Positions 20,398-29,139 are shown, counted from the stretch's first letter. The stretch: DNA of 64,000 nt from Flavobacteriales bacterium (GCA_044356305.1 JBIKWM010000011.1:20567-84566); one strand, 5' to 3'. Program-made: numbers and translations. The notes: a model not told the origin generated them from the letters alone.

Positions 20398-20617
20398 GGT
20401 TCGGGGTTAAGGTTTTAGGTATCGGGTTTAAGGTTTGGGGCGAACAGCGAATGGCGAACAGTCCATAGTCGATAGTCCATATACCACGGACATGTCACCC
20501 TTAGCCCTTCGAATGGGCTCAGGACGGGATTGGTTGAGGGGTGCGGAGTCATCGCCTGATCAAGTCTTCCGCAGGATCACTCGTGTGGAACGTGACACGC
20601 GAAGTCTGTGACTTCGC
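20398..20617. repeat. Patchwork of heptamer tandem repeats and REP-like palindromes
   Basis: GTTTAAG-like, GCGAACA x3 and GTCCATA x3 heptamers; GTCACCCTTAGC..GCTCAGGAC; GCGAAGTC-TGT-GACTTCGC. Confidence 0.6.
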
Positions 20618-20641
20618 AATAAAGCCAGCCCCCTCCACACC

Positions 20642-20834
20642 ATGGACGCATTAGGAATTAACAAAAAGGTTGGGATACACAGCTTGCGCCATTCCTATGC
20701 CACACACTTACTAGAAGTCGGAACTGACATCAGCCACATCCAAAAATTGCTAGGACATCAAGACCACTATGGTCCATGCGCAGGTCACTGACGCACACAC
20801 CAAAAACATCAAAAGCCCTTTGGACCGCCTCTGA
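20642..20834 (+). pseudogene. Tyrosine recombinase (XerD/IntI-like) C-terminal remnant
   Basis: [29 protein letters not shown], then a frameshift to KTTMVHAQV...IKSPLDRL*; N-terminus absent; His at the catalytic Tyr position. Confidence 0.9.
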
Positions 20835-20972
20835 GCGATGCACGCATTTTGTATATCTTTGACGAAACGATGATACGCGCATTTCAAATATCTAAACCTC
20901 ATCTATATGATTTTGAATCATTTATAATTTTAGTAAAGAGATACGATACGCGTATATTTACGAGTTAGGTGC
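20835..20972 (+). promoter_or_regulatory. attI-like region with a cassette-facing promoter
   Basis: TATCTTTG -7 element at 20854-20861; GATACGCG-like direct repeats at 20837, 20872 and 20945; core GTTAGGT at 20964. Confidence 0.6.
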
Positions 20973-21231
20973 AAGCGTAGGACGACCGACAACTCGACAT
21001 CAAACCGACAGAAACAGAGGACGAAAAAGCCAACGCTTCGCAAAATTAAAAGAGGTGTTTTGCCAACGCACTTGCCGACCCAAAAACACCACATTTAATT
21101 TTACCCAACCGCACCCAAAGCCCACCCACCACCCAGACAAATTTGTTGAAAACATTTACCGACTTTTTTGACGGTGGTTCAAAATATTCTTTTTACATTT
21201 GCCAATATTTGTCAAGTCAAAACAAAGCACA

Positions 21232-21540
21232 TTGAAAACAATCGGAACTATACTTAGGGAATTGAGAGAGGCTAAAGGACTTCTGCTTAGAGAAGTTGGA
21301 GCTAAACTTTCGCTTGACCCGACAATTTTGAGCAAAATTGAACAAGACAAGCGTATGCCGACAAAGGAGCAAGTAAAAGCACTTGCCGACTTTTACAAAG
21401 ACCAAAAAAATGAAGTAATTATTGCTTGGCTTTCGGACAAATTAGTTTACGAAGTGCAAGACGAAGACTTGGCATTGCAAGCAATGCAAGTAGCGGAAGA
21501 CAAAATAAAATACCTAACCAAAAAGAACGGTAAGAAATAA
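21232..21540 (+). CDS. XRE-family HTH regulator (controller-like)
   Basis: IGTILRELRE.KGL.LREV...LSKIEQ.KRMP; TTG 21232 preferred because the promoter TACATTTG (21194-21201) overlaps the upstream TTG. Confidence 0.85.
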   Translation: MKTIGTILRELREAKGLLLREVGAKLSLDPTILSKIEQDKRMPTKEQVKALADFYKDQKNEVIIAWLSDKLVYEVQDEDLALQAMQVAEDKIKYLTKKNGKK

Positions 21541-24314
21541 TGGAGTTACAATTAGAGAATTTAAAATATCAGGACACCGCTATTCAAGCGGTTATTAAAG
21601 TGTTTGACGGAACTGAGAAAAACACTTTTGACAATGCTTGTATTGAAGGCATCCGTTCTAATTTTTGCAAACTAACAGCAAAACAATTAACTGACAACAT
21701 CAAAGCCATTGCAAAAGAAAACGGCATTGACGATGAAACAGCAAAGTATTCATCAGATAATGATTTATGTATTGAAATGGAAACGGGAACAGGTAAAACA
21801 CTTGTTTACATCAAGACCATTTACGAGTTACATAAGCATTATGCTTTTACTAAGTTCATCATACTTGTTCCTTCAATTGCAATTAGACAAGGAACATTAG
21901 GAACATTCAAAACTTTTGAAAAACAACTTGAAAGCATTTACGGTTTTAAAGTTCAGGCTTTTGATTATGACAGTAAGAAACTAAATAAAGTAACCAACTT
22001 TATTGAAGAACAGCATCCGCAAGTTATGATTATGACAACTGGTGCTTTTTCTTCTGACGATAGAATTTTAAACCGAACACAAAGAGAAGATTTGTTTAAC
22101 AACCTTCCTTACATTGACGCTATTGCTAAAGTTCGACCATTCATTTTTATGGACGAGCCACAGGAAGGAATGGACAGCGACAATATGATGGAACGTTTAA
22201 AAACACTTTCAGCAGACGAAAGAAAAGAACGATACAGCACAAAGGAAAACGAAAGAGAAAAAACAATCTTCAAAACACTTGACCCACTTTTTAAAATTCG
22301 TTATTCGGCAACACACAAAACCGTTAAGAATTTATTGTATCGTTTAACTCCTTACGACAGCTACAAGCAAGGGCTGGTAAAGAAAATTGAAGTATTGACC
22401 GTTACAGAGAAAAACGATGAAGCAACTATAAAAATTGAATTGACCGAAACACAAAACGGAACAAGCGAACCGAAAGCAAAAGTAAAAGCCTGGAAATTGA
22501 AAGCAGGAAAGTTTGTTTTTGAAGAGACAAGTTGGCTAAAAGTTGGCGATAACTTAGGCGACAAAACAAACAACCCAAGTTATTTAAACTATAAAGTTGA
22601 ACGCATCAACAAAAGTTTAAAAACTCAAAAATGGAGCATCACTTTTACAAATGGTGTTGAGCTTTTTGAAAAGCAAACATCAGGAAACGTAGAAAATATT
22701 TGGGCTTTGCAGTTGGAGTGGCTTATACATCGCCACTTTGCAAAATCTCAAAAATTACAACCGAAAGGCATAAAAGTTTTGAGTTTGATATTCATTGACA
22801 AGGTTTCAAACTATATGGGCGAAGACCCCAAAATAAAAAACCTATTCGTTGAAAAATACAAAGCCATTTATCCCGAATACAATGATGGCAAAGTTCCAAC
22901 AGCCCAACAAATTCACGAATTGCAAGGTTACTATTTTGCCCAAAATGCAAAAGGCGAATTTTCAGATAATGAAGGAGGACTAAAGGAACAAAAGAAAATT
23001 TACGAACTGATTTTACAAAAGAAAGACGAGTTGCTGACCATTGGAAACGCTATTGAATTTGTGTTTTCTCATTCTGCTTTGGGTGTTGGTTGGGACAATC
23101 CTAATGTATTCAACATTGCAACACTCAATACAGCATATTCAGAAATTCGTAAACGCCAAGAAATAGGTAGAGGTTTGCGGATTTGTGTAAACCAACAAGG
23201 ACAAAGGGTTTATGATGCTTTAAATGCAGAAGATGCAGACAGAGTAAATCAATTGACAGTTATTCCTAACGAAACTTATGAAACTTTTGTAACGCAATAC
23301 CAAAAGGAAATTAAAGATGTTTACGGAACAACTTCGGCAGGTGCAGGTATGTCGCATACACACAAAGGGAAACCACAAAACGAAGTAAGTTTCAAACGCA
23401 ATACAAATACTTCTATTGATGAAGCATTTAAACGCTTCTGGAAATCATTGGCTAAAAAGACAGATTATGTAATTGCCTTTGATGAAGAAAATCTAATTGC
23501 AAAAGCAACCGAACAAATAAACCTGATAACTATTTCAGATTATGTTGCAGAAGTAAGTAGCAGAAACATTGGAACAATTACGGAAGATGGAATTGAAGAT
23601 AGTTTTGGCGGAACGGAAACCTATAAACTGAAAGCAAAATTTACACCTTTAGATTTGGTGGAAGAACTAAGCGAAAACACAGGCTTGAGTTATACAACGC
23701 TTTTCAAAATTGTAAATAACATTACCAATTTAGACCACATCATTAAAAATCCACCGCAATACATTCATACGGCTGCTGGAATTATTCGCAACATAGAACT
23801 GGACGAAATGCTTCGGGGCTTGGATTATCATTTAACTGGAGAAGATTTTCCTTTCAGCTTTAACGACTTCGTTAGAAATGTTTCCAAATCAGATTATGTG
23901 GAAACGCCAAACAGAGGAGTGTTTGACAAAATGCTTATTGACAGTAATGTGGAATATGATTTTGCAAAAGCATCTGACAATCAACCCGACATTGTGTGTT
24001 TCATTAAGTTACCAAGTTGGTATAAAATCAGAACTCCTATAGGCGAATACGAACCCGATTTTGGTTTAGTAATGAAACGAAAAAGTTTAAAAACAGGCGA
24101 TGAAACAGAATATTACTTTGTAATTGAAACCAAAGGAACAAACGACATCAACGATAAAAAAGCATTGACCGAAAGCGAAGTGTATAAAATAAAATGTGCG
24201 ATGAAACACTTTGAAACTTTGGGTGTGGAAGTGCATTACAAAGCTCCTGTAAAAGAATATAACTACTTCCAAAGGGAAGCTGAAAAAACAATTAACGCAT
24301 TAAACGAAAAATAG
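21540..24314 (+). CDS. res: Type III restriction enzyme Res subunit
   Basis: EMETGTGKT, DEPQ, RYSATH, WDNPNVF.I.TL, RQEIGRGLR; C-terminal PD..ETKG nuclease motif. Confidence 0.95.
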   Translation: MELQLENLKYQDTAIQAVIKVFDGTEKNTFDNACIEGIRSNFCKLTAKQLTDNIKAIAKENGIDDETAKYSSDNDLCIEMETGTGKTLVYIKTIYELHKHYAFTKFIILVPSIAIRQGTLGTFKTFEKQLESIYGFKVQAFDYDSKKLNKVTNFIEEQHPQVMIMTTGAFSSDDRILNRTQREDLFNNLPYIDAIAKVRPFIFMDEPQEGMDSDNMMERLKTLSADERKERYSTKENEREKTIFKTLDPLFKIRYSATHKTVKNLLYRLTPYDSYKQGLVKKIEVLTVTEKNDEATIKIELTETQNGTSEPKAKVKAWKLKAGKFVFEETSWLKVGDNLGDKTNNPSYLNYKVERINKSLKTQKWSITFTNGVELFEKQTSGNVENIWALQLEWLIHRHFAKSQKLQPKGIKVLSLIFIDKVSNYMGEDPKIKNLFVEKYKAIYPEYNDGKVPTAQQIHELQGYYFAQNAKGEFSDNEGGLKEQKKIYELILQKKDELLTIGNAIEFVFSHSALGVGWDNPNVFNIATLNTAYSEIRKRQEIGRGLRICVNQQGQRVYDALNAEDADRVNQLTVIPNETYETFVTQYQKEIKDVYGTTSAGAGMSHTHKGKPQNEVSFKRNTNTSIDEAFKRFWKSLAKKTDYVIAFDEENLIAKATEQINLITISDYVAEVSSRNIGTITEDGIEDSFGGTETYKLKAKFTPLDLVEELSENTGLSYTTLFKIVNNITNLDHIIKNPPQYIHTAAGIIRNIELDEMLRGLDYHLTGEDFPFSFNDFVRNVSKSDYVETPNRGVFDKMLIDSNVEYDFAKASDNQPDIVCFIKLPSWYKIRTPIGEYEPDFGLVMKRKSLKTGDETEYYFVIETKGTNDINDKKALTESEVYKIKCAMKHFETLGVEVHYKAPVKEYNYFQREAEKTINALNEK

Positions 24315-24317
24315 GAA

Positions 24318-26393
24318 ATGGAAAATATAAATGACCTAATGCCATTGAGCAACGACTGGAACAAAGAAAGATTAACGCAGTTAAAACATCTTTTCCCTGA
24401 CTTGTTTACCAATGAAGGCAAACTAAATATAGAAGAGCTTAAAAAAGTTGTTGACCCTGCAAGCGTTTCAGAAACTGAACGCTATGAGTTTCGATGGTTT
24501 GGCAAAAGTGCTTCAAAAAGAAATGCATATACTCCAAGCAATGCGACACTAATGTTTCAAGAAGATAGAAGTGTAAATCCAACTGAAAGTGAGAACATCA
24601 TAATTGAAGGTGAAAACTTGGAAGCCCTTAAACTTCTAAGCAATAGTTACAGAGACCAAGTAAAGTGCATCTACATTGACCCACCCTACAATACAGGCAG
24701 TGATTTAATTTACAATGACGATTTTTCACAGGATAGAAAGGCTTATTGGGAAGATGCCGGAATTACTGAAAACGGAATAAAAATAGACACAAATATTGAA
24801 ATTGACGGTCGTTATCATAGTAACTGGTTAAATATGATGTATAGCCGTCTTTTAATCTCCAGAACTTTATTAAAAGATGATGGAGCAATATTTATTTCTA
24901 TCGATGACAATGAAGTCCATCATCTCAAAAAACTTTGCGATGAAGTATTTGGAGAAGAAAACTATATAAACACTGTTTCTATAAAAGCTAAACCATCAGC
25001 AGGTGCAAGTGGTGGCGGTGAAGATAAACGCCTTAAGAAAAACACAGAATATTTAATGATATATGTTAAGAATAGAGACATTGAAGCTCTTGACTTAGAT
25101 AAGGCTTATGATGAAGTTAAATTGACTGACCATATCCAGTATATGCGTGATGAAAAGAAAAGTTGGAAATACACAAGAGTATTAAAGGAATTTGGCACGA
25201 AAGAACTTACAACTACTGTAAAAGATGGTGATGGAAATGACATTAAAATATATACTCACAGCGACTTTGTGATGAAATCCATTTCTGAATTAGTTGAAGA
25301 AGAGAATATTTCAGAAGAAGAAATTTATAAAAAATATTTTACAACTGTTTTTCGTGATACAAATGCTCAAAGCTCAATTCGTGGAAGAGTTATGAGTGCT
25401 ATTGGAAAAGAAGATGGTTTATTTAGCATTGAGTATATTCCCCGTAGCGGAAGAAATAAAGGTCAAATGACAACTGTATATTACAAAGGAACAAACAAAG
25501 ACCAAATTGCTTGGCTGAAAGATATAGCGGTTGAAAACGGAACAGATATAACTATTAGAGCAAAAACTGGAACACTTTGGTTAGATTTTAATTGGAATAA
25601 TGTTTCAAAAGAAGGTGATATTTCGTTTCCGAATGGAAAAAAACCAATTGCTTTTATTCAGCGTATGTTGGAACTTTCTACCAATGCAGAAAATGAAGAT
25701 TTAATACTTGACTTTTTTGGAGGTAGTGGTTCGACTGGTCATTCTGTTTTGGATTTAAACAATAAAGATAATGGTAATAGAAAATTTATCCTTGTTCAAT
25801 TACCTGAAAGCACAGAAAACGAGCCTGACTTAGTTAAGGCTGGTTACAAGAAAATAAGTGATGTGACTATTGATAGAAATAAAAAAGTAGTTGAAAAACT
25901 TATTGAAGAGAAGAAAAACAAACAGCCTGACTTGTTTACCAACGGACACAAGGAAGATGCAATAAAAGGTTTAGGCTTTAAGGTTTTCAAATTGGTAAAA
26001 TCAAACTTCCCAAGAGTTGAGTGGGCTCCCGATGTGGACAAAACAGAAGAAGAAAATATTGCATTGCTCAAAAAATACATTGCCGACAAAGAAGCCCAAT
26101 TGGTAACAGCTTTTAATCGCAACGAATTATTGACGGAGATTTTATTGAAAAATGGTTTTCAACTAAACTACAAAGCCGACAAGCAAGACCAGTTTAAGAA
26201 AAATGAAATTCTATTAGCGACAGACGGAATAAAAGAAACATTGATTTGCTTAGATGTTACTGTAGAAGCCGAAACAGTAGAGTATTTCAAAAAGCACACA
26301 GACAAAAAATTCATTTGCCTTGAACGAGCATTGGACACGACAAACAAGTATAATTTAAAACATTATTTAGGCGACCTATTCAACGCATTTTAG
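24318..26393 (+). CDS. mod: Type III RM adenine methyltransferase Mod subunit
   Basis: [51 protein letters not shown]. Confidence 0.95.
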   Translation: MENINDLMPLSNDWNKERLTQLKHLFPDLFTNEGKLNIEELKKVVDPASVSETERYEFRWFGKSASKRNAYTPSNATLMFQEDRSVNPTESENIIIEGENLEALKLLSNSYRDQVKCIYIDPPYNTGSDLIYNDDFSQDRKAYWEDAGITENGIKIDTNIEIDGRYHSNWLNMMYSRLLISRTLLKDDGAIFISIDDNEVHHLKKLCDEVFGEENYINTVSIKAKPSAGASGGGEDKRLKKNTEYLMIYVKNRDIEALDLDKAYDEVKLTDHIQYMRDEKKSWKYTRVLKEFGTKELTTTVKDGDGNDIKIYTHSDFVMKSISELVEEENISEEEIYKKYFTTVFRDTNAQSSIRGRVMSAIGKEDGLFSIEYIPRSGRNKGQMTTVYYKGTNKDQIAWLKDIAVENGTDITIRAKTGTLWLDFNWNNVSKEGDISFPNGKKPIAFIQRMLELSTNAENEDLILDFFGGSGSTGHSVLDLNNKDNGNRKFILVQLPESTENEPDLVKAGYKKISDVTIDRNKKVVEKLIEEKKNKQPDLFTNGHKEDAIKGLGFKVFKLVKSNFPRVEWAPDVDKTEEENIALLKKYIADKEAQLVTAFNRNELLTEILLKNGFQLNYKADKQDQFKKNEILLATDGIKETLICLDVTVEAETVEYFKKHTDKKFICLERALDTTNKYNLKHYLGDLFNAF

Positions 26394-26529
26394 CCAACGC
26401 ATTTGGTAGCACATTTGCATTTTTTGCCAACGCAAAAGCCAAACAAAAAAATGCAAAAGAGCTACCAAGCCAACGCACAAAGACACTGCAAACAATGAAC
26501 AGACAAGCAACGACAGACAGAACGCCAGC

Positions 26530-26661
26530 ACCTAACAGCGGTTTGGCAAAAGTGGCGGTTTCGTTCTCCGCAGACACATTTGTGGTTAAAGAAAGTTCAG
26601 TTCTCCGCATCAACATTTGTGGTGAAAATCGCCACCTTCGCCAAGCCGCAAAACGTTATGT
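26530..26661 (+). other. attC-like recombination hairpin, 132 bp
   Basis: Inverse core ACCTAAC; arms GCGGTTTGGCAAAAGTGGCGGTTT / AAATCGCCACCTTCGCCAAGCCGC (20 of 24 Watson-Crick pairs); core GTTATGT. Confidence 0.75.
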
Positions 26662-26827
26662 GTTATTATGAAAACCCCCAGCCCGCTCAAGCCTTCCTTC
26701 GGTTCTCTTGGTCGGCCTTAAAGCAAAGCGGTTTGCAACCGTGGGCTAAATCCCCCATTTGAAAAGAGCCAGGGCCCTGTCACTCCATTGAGCGCCTTTG
26801 TGGTAATCACACCGGGTTCTCAGCCCC

Positions 26828-28261
26828 TCACCGCATCACAGCCACGCGCTCACACGTGTGGTAGTGGCCATGTGTGGCCAGGCGCACCTGATACAGCCCG
26901 TTGGGCAGATGGTCGAGCGTCAATGTACCGTTCCGGGCAATGGCATACGTGCCAAGCAGTCGGCCCATGGCATCGGTCACGGTGGCCGTGGTGCCCGTGG
27001 TGAGCGTGCCATTGTCGCGCAGGCGCACGGTGCCCGTGGTAGGATTGGGGAACAGCAGCGGCAGGGCCTCGGGTGCCGCTTCCCCGCTCACCGCCACTGC
27101 ACAGGGCGCATTGCCCGCCCCGGTGCCAGTCAGGCTCAGGGCCTTGTCATACAGCGCATCCACCACATACAGGTTATCGCCTTCGGCATTGCTCAGCACC
27201 GCCACCCCTATGCCGTTCTGAGGGTCGATGTACACATCGGTCGATGCCCCGTCCTCGCCCCCGTTGTGCCCCCACAGGGCCACGGTGCCCCCTCCGCTCA
27301 GGTAGATATCCTCGAGGTACCAGCTCAGGCCCTGCGTGGGCTCAATGGCAGGCACCTGCGGGGTGAGCATCTGCCCCACCGTGGCCGGTGGCAGCACGGT
27401 GTGCCCTGCATAGTTACCCCCTTGCAGATAGGCAGTCATGAAGCGGGCCAGGCCCCGCACATCGGAACGTAGCAACCCGTTGGGATAGTCGGCAAAACCC
27501 ATGTGGGGCAATGCCTCATACTGCCCGCCCGACCACAGATGGGGCCTCGCCACCGTGGCCGTGTCGAGCCCTGCCAGGAACCACGAGGTGCGGTCCATGC
27601 ACAGAGGACTGAAAATGTGCTGTGCGCAATAGGCATCGAAGGGCATCTGCGTCACCCGCTCCACCACATACCCGGCCAGGGCCGAAGCGATATTGCTGTA
27701 CTCGTATGTGGTGCCGGGTGCAGCACCGAGGAAGTTGTCCTGCGCACTGTAATCGGCCCCGCTGGGCGAGAAATACCGCTCCATCACCTCCGCCAGCGTC
27801 AGCGTGGGGTCGCCAACGCTGTAGTAGGTGTCCATGGCCGTGTAGTTGTCGGCAATGGACGAGGTGTGGGTCAGCAGCATGCGGGCCGTGATGGGCACAT
27901 CCGCATGCACCGGATGGCTCACTGCGAACGGCAGATGTAGGCTGATGTCGGCATCGGGGTCCACCATGCCCTGGCTCACCAGTTGCATCAGGGCCGTGCC
28001 CGTGAACAGTTTGGAAACGGAGGCCAGCAGGAACACCGTGCTATCGGTCATGGCCAGGCCGGCAGGCTCATCGGCATAGCCATAAGCCTGGAGCCACACC
28101 ACTTCGCCATCCTTCACAATGACGGTGGCCATGCCCGGAATGTGCTCGGCCTGCATCTCGCCTGCAATAAAGGCATCGAGGTCCGCATCGGGGTTCGGGT
28201 TCTGCGCCACAGCCCGCAGGCAGGCCACCAGCAGCAGGGCTATGATAGGTAGGCGCGGCAC
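26828..28261 (-). CDS. Serine hydrolase (beta-lactamase/PBP family) with T9SS CTD
   Basis: ASVSK (SxxK), LLTHTSS, YSN, GHNGG, FPNPT CTD. GTG 28261 opens the signal peptide; the longer ORF start runs through REPs. Confidence 0.85.
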   Translation of the reverse strand: MPRLPIIALLLVACLRAVAQNPNPDADLDAFIAGEMQAEHIPGMATVIVKDGEVVWLQAYGYADEPAGLAMTDSTVFLLASVSKLFTGTALMQLVSQGMVDPDADISLHLPFAVSHPVHADVPITARMLLTHTSSIADNYTAMDTYYSVGDPTLTLAEVMERYFSPSGADYSAQDNFLGAAPGTTYEYSNIASALAGYVVERVTQMPFDAYCAQHIFSPLCMDRTSWFLAGLDTATVARPHLWSGGQYEALPHMGFADYPNGLLRSDVRGLARFMTAYLQGGNYAGHTVLPPATVGQMLTPQVPAIEPTQGLSWYLEDIYLSGGGTVALWGHNGGEDGASTDVYIDPQNGIGVAVLSNAEGDNLYVVDALYDKALSLTGTGAGNAPCAVAVSGEAAPEALPLLFPNPTTGTVRLRDNGTLTTGTTATVTDAMGRLLGTYAIARNGTLTLDHLPNGLYQVRLATHGHYHTCERVAVMR

Positions 28262-28279
28262 AGGAGGTGAATGTACTCC

Positions 28280-28400
28280 GTAGAGACGTAGCATGCTACG
28301 TCTCTGTTGTGGGTGAATGAATAAGAAAAGAGACGTGCCATGCTCCGTCTCTGTTGTGGGTGAATGAATAAGAAAAGAGACGTTGGATGCAACGTCTCTA
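28280..28400. repeat. REP array downstream of the RAYT (three palindromes, 47-bp period)
   Basis: AGAGACG..CGTCTCT palindromes at 28282, 28329 and 28376 separated by the identical spacer GTTGTGGGTGAATGAATAAGAAA. Confidence 0.9.
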
Positions 28401-28973
28401 TAGGTTAAACCTGTCCTCATCCCATGTCAATGGATTGTTCAGGATGTAATATCTGTTCACATCATGATTCTTTGGATCGCGGATAATATGATCGTGATAC
28501 CGCGTCTGCCATGCAAAATCCACATGAATCTCGCGGGTCAATCTGGACACGGCAGATTTATAAGATCTGATGATTGTAGCCAATGATCCTGTTTTTGGGG
28601 AAATGGCAGCCATTACCTCATTCTTTGGTAGAGACGTTGCATGGAACTTTTCCGAATCAGGAAGAAGAGATGATGCATGCAACCTCTCACCAATTCCGTT
28701 ATGGTCAATGACAATGATTCCGTGAACATGATTCGGCATCACAACAAATTCATCGAGATGAATAAACGGGAAATGTTCTGGTAATTTCTGCCAACATTCA
28801 TTTGCAATCTGACCAAGTGGCGAGTTCATCATAGTCCCATCGACCACTTCACCAAAGAAATGTTGACGGCCATGCGTACATATGGTCACAAAATAGGCCG
28901 CATCGCTTCCATAGTTCCACCATGGCGCGCGGGCCGTTGGAATGCGAAATCTATTGCGAAATAGGTCCGCCAC
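28398..28973 (-). mobile_element. REP-associated tyrosine transposase (RAYT, IS200-like HUH)
   Basis: YFVTICT, MPNHVHGII (HUH), WQ.RYHDHIIR, YILNNP; flanked by REPs on both sides. Confidence 0.92.
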
Positions 28974-28996
28974 GGTTTCAAATGTATTTCAAAATT

Positions 28997-29139
28997 GTAG
29001 AGACGTAGCATGCTACGTCTCTGTTGTAGATGAATGAATAAAGAAAAGAGACGTAGCATGCTACGTCTCTACAAGGCACCACGTTGGCCCGTCCTCCGTA
29101 GAGACGTTGCATGCAACGTCTCATCATCTACGTCTCTAC
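28997..29139. repeat. REP array upstream of the RAYT
   Basis: GTAGAGACGTAGCATGCTACGTCTCT at 28997; copy ending in CTAC at 29047; GTAGAGACGTTGCATGCAACGTCTC at 29098; half copy at 29130. Confidence 0.9.

Larger units (their letters stand above)
20965..26655 (+). mobile_element. Integron-like gene cassette carrying HTH + type III restriction-modification genes
   Basis: Visibly AT-rich block. Its start GTTAGGTGC (20964-20972) is the exact reverse complement of GCACCTAAC (26528-26536), which opens the terminal hairpin ending in GTTATGT (26655-26661). Confidence 0.75.

Noticed and set aside
24318-26393. Phase-variable mod (phasevarion)
   Set aside because: No simple-sequence repeat tract was seen, and the ORF is intact.
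28280-28400. CRISPR-like repeat-spacer pattern
   Set aside because: The spacers are identical and the palindromes vary, no cas genes are present, and the adjacent RAYT explains them as REPs.
28262-28420. Long N-terminal extension of the serine hydrolase ORF
   Set aside because: It is translated REP array; the signal peptide begins at GTG 28261.
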